Origin: an uncultured Clostridia bacterium
GTDB lineage: Bacteria; Bacillota; Clostridia; TANB77; CAG-508
Direction: 5' to 3'
DNA: 46,651 nucleotides
Assembly: GCA_947591055.1 (NCBI GenBank)
Contig: CANQCW010000003.1
Span: forward strand, 1 to 46,651
In this document: piece after piece, positions 37,268 through 43,121 of the stretch
How positions within the stretch are numbered: position 1 is the stretch's first letter
How the letters are laid out: every line of letters starts with the position of its first letter
Program-made: the position numbers and the translations under genes
Notes under the pieces: model-generated
What the model was told of the DNA's origin: nothing
Databases searched by the model: none
What the model saw: only the letters and a program-made list of their open reading frames with translations

Positions 37268-39578
37268 CTACCTTCTTGAAAATTTCTTTTCTATATCTGT
37301 TTTAGACATTTTAATTACAGTTGGTCTTCCATGTGGGCAACTAAATGGATTTGGAAGTTTTAATAACTCTTGCATTAAGCTATCAACTTCTTGAGGAGTA
37401 AGTGCCATGTGAGCCTTAACTGCTGCTTTGCATGCAACTGTTGCTAAAAATTTGTCTTCTAGTTCTTGCTTTGCAGTTCTTGCAACAGTATTAATTTCAT
37501 CAAGAGTTTCCAAAAATATTTCTTTTGTATCAAAATTCATACAAAAATCAGGCACACCCATTAATTTAACTGTTCCTTCTCCAAACTCTTCTACCATAAA
37601 TCCTGCTTTTTCAAAAAGCATCTTGTTGTCTTTAAAAATTCCCATTTCTTTAGTACTTAAATTTATTATATCTGGTAAAAGTAATATTTGAGAATCTTTG
37701 TTTTCATCACTAAAGTAATTTTTCTTTACTTTTTCATACATTATTCTTTCATGAGCAGCATGTTGATCTAAAATATATAAATCATCATTAATACTCAAAA
37801 TTATATATGTATTAAATGCAATTCCAATAAACTTGTATGGTAATTTTGATTCTTCTTCATCATTTTCGAACATTGATATTTCATTATTTGTTATTGGAGA
37901 TATTGGATATTTTTCTTCTTCCTCTTTTACTACTTCTTCGTGTTCTTTTTTTGCAGTTTCAATGTCTCTTCCAAATAATTTTTTGTACATTTCTTCAAAA
38001 GACAACTCTTGTTCTTCTTCAATTTCTTCTGTTTTATCTTCTGTTGGTTCTATGACTTCTTCTACTTTATCAGCTGTTGGTTCTATTACTTCTTCTACTT
38101 TATCAGCTGAATCTTCTATGTTTTCATCAACTTTAGCTTCTACATCTTCATTATTTGTTTTTTCTAATTCATTTTCTGCTAAATTTTCATCTATGATGTC
38201 TTTTTTATCTTCTGCGTTTTCTTTTTCTTCACTTTCAATTTTATCATCACTTGATTTTTTTGAATTACTTAAAAATGCTGTAAATTTACTTAATCCACTA
38301 GAAATTTCTTCTGCTGTTTTCGCTTTAGCTATTTCTTTCACAAATTTAGTTCTAGTTTCTTCATCTAAGCCTTTTATAGTATCTTTAAAATCGCTGAATC
38401 TTGTTCCATCACTTTCAGTATTATTTTCTGTATCTGCTGTTTTTTCAGTATCCACATCACTTTCAGATTTAGAAGAAGCAAAACTTTTATTTAATCCCCA
38501 AGCCTCAATTCTATCTTTATTTTTAATTTCTTTTAAAATATCGTTAGGTGTGTAATCAGAATAATCTTTTTCTGTATCTGCGACTAAATCACCTTTAAGT
38601 AATGTTTCTTTAATTGAGTGATAAACAGCCTTAAAAACATTAGACTCATCTTGAAATCTAATTTCTAATTTAGTTGGATGAACATTAACATCTACTTTTT
38701 TTGCATCCATATCAATATTTAAAATTAAAAATCCATGCTTTCCAACTGTAACTAATCCTTTAAATCCTTGTTCAGCTGCACTTGTTAATGTTTTATCTTT
38801 TACAAATCTATGATTTACAAAAAATAATTGGTTTGATCTATTAGAGCGAGAAATTATTGGTTTTCCAACTGCTCCTGTAATATGCATATCTTCGAAAGTA
38901 TAATCAACTGGCAAAATATTTTCCATTACTTCTTTTCCATAAATTGCATATATACAATCTTCTAATTTACCATTTCCATTAGTTTGAATAGATGTTTTTC
39001 CTGAACTTATAAGCTTAATTGCAACATCTGGATTAGCTAAAGCTATTCTTGTTACAGTATCTTCTATATATCCTAATTCAGTAAAATCTTTTCTTAAAAA
39101 TTTATATCTAACTGGTGTGTTATAAAATAAATCTGTTACAGTTATACTTGTACCTTTTGAAGTTCCCTCTTCATGTTTATCTATTAAATCTCCACCTTCA
39201 AAAACTACTTTGTATCCCATATCTTCATCTGCAGTTTTTGATACTAATTCTATTTTTGATATTGCAGCAATACTTGCTAAAGCCTCACCTCTAAAACCCA
39301 TAGATTTAACTACTTCTAAATCTTTAGCTTGTCTAATTTTGCTAGTTGCGTGTCTTTCAAAAGCAATTTCCATATCATCAGGCATTATTCCGCTTCCATC
39401 ATCAATAACTTTTATATATGAAATTCCACCATTTTTTACATCTATTGTAATATTTTTCGCACCGAGCATCTATTGAGTTTTCTACTAATTCTTTAACTAC
39501 TGATGCAGGTCTTTCAATAACTTCACCTGCTGCAATTTGGTTTATTGTTAAATCATCTAATAAAACAATCTTTCCCAT
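37268..39578 (-). pseudogene. mutL: DNA mismatch repair protein MutL, disrupted by a 1-nt insertion at codon 39
   Basis: ATG at 39578 encodes [38 protein letters not shown]. An extra base (plus-strand g at 39464) shifts the frame, and a stop follows 13 codons later. The remaining 733 aa continue in the other frame as [13 protein letters not shown]... Deleting 39464 restores the canonical ENSIDAGAKNI motif. Confidence 0.85.
38041..38106 (-). repeat. 2 x 33-nt tandem repeat in the acidic MutL linker
   Basis: 38041-38073 and 38074-38106 differ at one base. They encode ADKVEEVIEPT twice. Confidence 0.85.
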
Positions 39579-39620
39579 TTCGTTGGCTTATGATAGGCTA
39601 AATCCCCATCATATCCTCCT
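39579..39620 (-). promoter_or_regulatory. Leader in which a 36-nt hairpin-forming spacer separates SD AGGAGG from the mutL AUG
   Basis: Minus strand reads gaaAGGAGGatATGATGGGGATTTAGcctatcataagccaacgaaATG. A 9-bp hairpin TATGATGGG / CCTATCATA is present (plus 39589-39613). A mini-ORF M(M)GI-stop sits directly after the SD. Confidence 0.35.
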
Positions 39621-39790
39621 TTCTTGCATACTACTTTTAAATTCATTTCGATTATATCATAACTTAAATATTTTTGTACAGTATCGTAACCAAATTATTT
39701 TATTATGAATAATATATATCATACTAAAGATTTACTAACTTAAATAATGTAAATTTCATTATTTAAGAAATCTTGATAGGAGGTAATCAA

Positions 39791-39916
39791 ATGAGAGGTT
39801 GTAACAGTGAATGGATATGGTTCATTATCCTAATAATTGTACTATGTAACTGTGGCTGTGGCGGTAGAGATAATGACTGTGGCTGTATGCCAAACCCACC
39901 ATGCTGTGGTAACTAA
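39791..39916 (+). CDS. 41-aa Cys-rich single-TM micropeptide (YjcZ-like?)
   Basis: SD ataGGAGGtaatcaaATG. Product MRGCNSEWIWFIILIIVLCNCGCGGRDNDCGCMPNPPCCGN has 8 Cys. Below the ORF-track cutoff. Confidence 0.55.
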   Translation: MRGCNSEWIWFIILIIVLCNCGCGGRDNDCGCMPNPPCCGN

Positions 39917-39971
39917 TTATCTATTAAAATGATAATTAAGATTTTATTAATAAGGGAAGGAGGAAACTTTA

Positions 39972-40073
39972 ATGCAAGATAGATGTGGAAGAGATAATGA
40001 TTGTTGCTGCATAATAATAATCTTATTATTATTAGTATTCTGCTGTGGCGGAAATAAAGGATTTTGCTGCTAA
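39972..40073 (+). CDS. 33-aa Cys-rich single-TM micropeptide (YjcZ-like?)
   Basis: SD GGAAGGAGGaaactttaATG. Product MQDRCGRDNDCCCIIIILLLLVFCCGGNKGFCC has 8 Cys. Below the ORF-track cutoff. Confidence 0.55.
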   Translation: MQDRCGRDNDCCCIIIILLLLVFCCGGNKGFCC

Positions 40074-40135
40074 TTATAAACATTAATACATTTTAATTAA
40101 AATTTCTTATTTGCTTTAAAAATAACAATGCAAAA

Positions 40136-40174
40136 ACAAACACATATAAAATAATATGTGTTTGTTTCGTTTTT
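40136..40174. terminator. Strong bidirectional terminator
   Basis: Perfect 12-bp stem acaaacacatat / atatgtgtttgt with a T-run downstream and an A-run upstream. It lies between the convergent peptide operon and the 124-aa gene. Confidence 0.75.
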
Positions 40175-40547
40175 AGATATACCAGTCAATTTTTATACTC
40201 CAAGTTTCCTTTAAAGAGTATTTACAAAAATTACTTAATTCAAATACAATGTCATTTGAAATCTTATTTAAATCCGCTATCATTTCTTCAAAATATCTGT
40301 GTATTTTGTTGACATCTAAAATCTCAGATTCAATAGACACTTCAAGAGTTAAAGGTTCAAATGATATAAATCCATAATTTCCTTTGTTGAACTTACATAA
40401 TTTAGGCTCTCTTAATTGCCGAACTATTTGTTTCAAATACTCTTTCTTCTGTTCATCCCAGTCTTGTTCTTCTATAGCTTGCTCTAATTTTACTTCAAGT
40501 TTTGGGACTTCCAGTATTGCATTGTTAAGTAACTTTACTAATGACAT
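40173..40547 (-). CDS. Hypothetical cytoplasmic protein (124 aa)
   Basis: Strong SD aaaggaggcaatcATG. No motif recognised. Confidence 0.5.
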   Translation of the reverse strand: MSLVKLLNNAILEVPKLEVKLEQAIEEQDWDEQKKEYLKQIVRQLREPKLCKFNKGNYGFISFEPLTLEVSIESEILDVNKIHRYFEEMIADLNKISNDIVFELSNFCKYSLKETWSIKIDWYI

Positions 40548-40645
40548 GATTGCCTCCTTTTGCTAAAATGTTGCTAGATTCACAAATTAGACTTTTTCAA
40601 ATTTTTAGTTACAGGCACAATTATACCATATTTTTATACTATATG

Positions 40646-40954
40646 CTAGTATTTTATAATATTTTTTGCATATTTATAAAATAAGTCTGCACTATTTTCT
40701 ACCACTTGTTTAAAAAATTCTATTTCTTCTTCACTATAATTGCCTTCCCATACTGTTACTTTATATGTTGGTAATTGTATTCTAACAGAATCAAATCCAT
40801 TTTCATTAGGTCTTTCAAAATGAACATCTATACATTCTATATCATTTTCAATATACACATTAGAAAAAACATTTGTAGTAGTAAAGCATTTAAAAGTTTG
40901 AAATTTGCAAAAAACTTTAAAATGTAGTATTATTAACATAATGGCAATAGTCAT
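40646..40954 (-). CDS. Second copy of the HFERPxENGFDSVR small-protein family, with an aberrant N-terminus
   Basis: The C-terminal ~70 aa align with 6901..7176 (VHFERPNENGFDSVRIQLP...GNYSEEEIEFF). The N-terminal ~30 aa are unrelated and hydrophobic, there is no SD, and only 42 nt separate it from the divergent gene. Confidence 0.45.
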   Translation of the reverse strand: MTIAIMLIILHFKVFCKFQTFKCFTTTNVFSNVYIENDIECIDVHFERPNENGFDSVRIQLPTYKVTVWEGNYSEEEIEFFKQVVENSADLFYKYAKNIIKY

Positions 40955-40996
40955 GTTGTAACCGTTATAAAATTATCACTTAAGGAGGTATAAACT

Positions 40997-41893
40997 ATGA
41001 AACGGTATGAAAAATTTGTGTTTGAGGCAGAAAAAGGTATAACTTTTGATGTTTCAGAGGGAACAAATGGAGAGTTAATTATCAGAGCTCTGAACATTAC
41101 TACAACCAATGTTTACTCTACGGACTATGTAAATCCTCCAATTCCAGAAGGATATCAGTATGTCTGGGGAGAATGGAACAATGGATTTGTAATTGAAAGA
41201 TGTTCAGATGGAAGCCAGTTTGTATGGATTCCTGTTGGAAGTCTTGACTCTAATGGAACACTTGATGGAGTATATTTTTCGGAGAAATTCGGCAGGCGTA
41301 ATTATATGAACGATGTATTTTCATATAATGAATTCAATGAACCTATAGATAGTGAATTTTTCGAACAGCTTGAAAGTGTCAAAAAATATGGGGGATTTTA
41401 TATTTCTCGTTATAACATTTCCAAAAGTTCAATAGGAAAACCACGGTCGGTAAAAGGATTGATTCCATGGGTAAACATCTCTTTTGATGATGCCAAAAAG
41501 GTTGCTTCTAATTTCGAATATAATAATAAAGCAGTTAAAAGTCATCTGACTTTTGGTGCAGAATATGATTCGGTATTGGAATGGTTTATCAAAACGAAAG
41601 TTAAAACTCTTGAAGAAATTACAAAGGACTCTACTAAATGGGGATCTTTAGAGAAAGGAGTTAAAACAGGAAGTAGCGAAGATTGGAGTGTTAATAACAT
41701 ATATGACTTTGCAGGTAATGTAGCTGAATGGACACAAGAACAGTATAAAAATTTGTATCGTGTTGTCCGTGGTGGCGATTACGACGAAAATGGACGCTGT
41801 AATCCTGTTGCCCATCGCTCATGCTACAGTCCCCCTTTAAAAATTTTCGACTATTTTTTCACTGGTTTTCGTGTTGTGCTTTGTATTAAGTAG
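40997..41893 (+). CDS. Cytoplasmic FGE/SUMF1-like domain protein
   Basis: 298 aa with no signal peptide and a strong SD aaggaggt. Motifs QFVWIPVG, GGFYISRYN, AGNVAEWTQEQ, RVVRGGDY and a terminal TGFRVVL are present, plus a Cys pair in GRCNPVAHRSCY. Codon usage is GC-richer than in neighbours. Confidence 0.6.
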   Translation: MKRYEKFVFEAEKGITFDVSEGTNGELIIRALNITTTNVYSTDYVNPPIPEGYQYVWGEWNNGFVIERCSDGSQFVWIPVGSLDSNGTLDGVYFSEKFGRRNYMNDVFSYNEFNEPIDSEFFEQLESVKKYGGFYISRYNISKSSIGKPRSVKGLIPWVNISFDDAKKVASNFEYNNKAVKSHLTFGAEYDSVLEWFIKTKVKTLEEITKDSTKWGSLEKGVKTGSSEDWSVNNIYDFAGNVAEWTQEQYKNLYRVVRGGDYDENGRCNPVAHRSCYSPPLKIFDYFFTGFRVVLCIK

Positions 41894-41943
41894 GACTGTC
41901 CACTGTTATAGTATTATAATTTGTTCCTAAACACAGATTAAAG

Positions 41944-41979
41944 GAGAGAACTTTGAAATTTCAAAGTCTCTCTTTTTTT
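41944..41979 (+). terminator. Intrinsic terminator
   Basis: Stem gagag..ctttga / tcaaag.ctctc followed by a T7 run. Confidence 0.75.
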
Positions 41980-42011
41980 AATTTTTGATTATGAGTGAAT
42001 ATTTAATTCAC

Positions 42012-42042
42012 AAAATAAAAAGCGATAACCTTCGTTACCGCT
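42012..42042 (-). terminator. Terminator after the tRNA pair
   Basis: Stem agcgataac / gttaccgct (one mismatch), followed on the minus strand by ttttatttt. Confidence 0.55.
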
Positions 42043-42051
42043 TTCATTTTG

Positions 42052-42126
42052 TGGTTGGGCTGGCTAGATTCGAACTAGCGCATGCATGAGTCAAAGTCAT
42101 GTGCCTTACCGCTTGGCTACAGCCCA
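42052..42126 (-). tRNA. tRNA-Gln (anticodon UUG), CCA encoded
   Basis: Hand-folded cloverleaf: acceptor TGGGCTG/CAGCCCA, anticodon stem CATGA/TCATG with loop CTTTGAC, T-arm GCTAG-TTCGAAT-CTAGC, 3' ACCA. Confidence 0.9.
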
Positions 42127-42147
42127 ATATATTAATTTGAATTTTTT

Positions 42148-42212
42148 CGCATACTGACACTGTAACTCACTGCGTTCGAACAGTCTCAGCAGCTTGGCTA
42201 CAGCCCAATATA
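42148..42212 (-). other. Duplicated 5' fragment of tRNA-Gln fused to a GC-rich hairpin (non-functional tRNA remnant)
   Basis: The 21-mer gcttggctacagcccaatata at 42192-42212 repeats 42111-42131 (5' leader plus the first 16 nt of tRNA-Gln). The fragment has no 3' acceptor strand. The adjacent stem ctgacactgt / acagtctcag (42154-42189) has one mismatch and a loop containing GTTCGAAC. Confidence 0.5.
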
Positions 42213-42223
42213 ATAATTTAAAA

Positions 42224-42301
42224 TGGGGTGGAATATGGGACTCGAACCCATGGTCTCCAGTGCCACAAACTGGCGCGTTAACCAACTACGCTAAATCCAC
42301 C
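42224..42301 (-). tRNA. tRNA-His (anticodon GUG) with G-1, CCA encoded
   Basis: Hand fold: extra 5' G, anticodon stem CCAGT/ACTGG with loop TTGTGGC, T-arm ATGGG-TTCGAGT-CCCAT, discriminator C then CCA. There is one T:T mismatch in the acceptor stem. Confidence 0.85.
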
Positions 42302-42380
42302 ATATTCTTATTACAAACATAATTAATTTTACCCCATTTTTTCTATTCTGTCAACTATATTTTTAAAAATCTTTTTCTTT

Positions 42381-43061
42381 TTAGTCTTCTTTTGCCCAAA
42401 TTACTAGTCTTGAATTAACATCATCTGTACATGTTGTTAATGTTATTTCTCTTTTTCCTGCTGTATCTCTAGTTGCATATTCGAAGTCATTTGATGCTGT
42501 TACATATATATTATATATTGTATATTTTATTCTATTTCCATCTAAGTCTGTAATATAAACTACATCACCTAATTGTAAGTTTTTATTGTTTGAAAAAAAT
42601 GTTCCATTTCTATAATTATGTCCTGCTATTACAGTATTTCCAACTTGATTAAGTCCTACTCCATACAACAATCCTACTGAAGCTTTCATTGATTCAGGAG
42701 TTGCTCTATCTAATATTGGATAATTAGCTTTAATTGCTGGAATTTCGATTTTTCCTACAACTGTGAAACCTTTATATGTTTGCTTTGCAAGATTTTTCAT
42801 ATTTCCAGTAGTTGCTGTATTTGTTGATTCTATTTGATTAACGTCTATTTGTAATGACACATTTTCTTGTACTGTTTCATTTTTTGTTATATTTCTTATA
42901 GTTACTCTATTGTCAAATTCATCTAAAGCTTGATTTGCAGAAGCATTAATATAATATTTTTGGTATAAATCATATCCCCAAAATCCTAAAACTATAAAAA
43001 TGGCTGCTACTACAACTATTAATATTACAGTTAAAACTTTATTATATTTTTTTTCTTCCAT
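42381..43061 (-). CDS. Sortase (class A/D-like transpeptidase)
   Basis: N-terminal TM anchor, catalytic His region VIAGHNY, and active-site TLTTC motif (EITLTTCTDD). Confidence 0.85.
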   Translation of the reverse strand: MEEKKYNKVLTVILIVVVAAIFIVLGFWGYDLYQKYYINASANQALDEFDNRVTIRNITKNETVQENVSLQIDVNQIESTNTATTGNMKNLAKQTYKGFTVVGKIEIPAIKANYPILDRATPESMKASVGLLYGVGLNQVGNTVIAGHNYRNGTFFSNNKNLQLGDVVYITDLDGNRIKYTIYNIYVTASNDFEYATRDTAGKREITLTTCTDDVNSRLVIWAKED

Positions 43062-43121
43062 TTTCTTCTCCTCTACATTTAAATTATAATTTATAAAAAA
43101 TATTAATCATATATTTATGTT

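Noticed and set aside
37833-38555. 240-aa Ser/Phe/Leu-rich plus-strand ORF (and the nested 37837..38055 ORF)
   Set aside because: It is the antisense reading of the acidic E/K/D-rich MutL linker. It has no SD, is extremely low in complexity, and lies entirely inside a well-supported gene.
42148-42212. A third functional tRNA between tRNA-His and tRNA-Gln
   Set aside because: Only the 5' acceptor strand and the start of the D-arm are present. No complementary 3' acceptor strand, anticodon arm or CCA could be folded.
39621-42212. Prophage, IS element or integrative element call for the islet
   Set aside because: No integrase, transposase, terminal inverted repeats or phage structural genes are present. 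Only compositional and synteny hints exist, so it is reported as a finding, not as a mobile_element feature.
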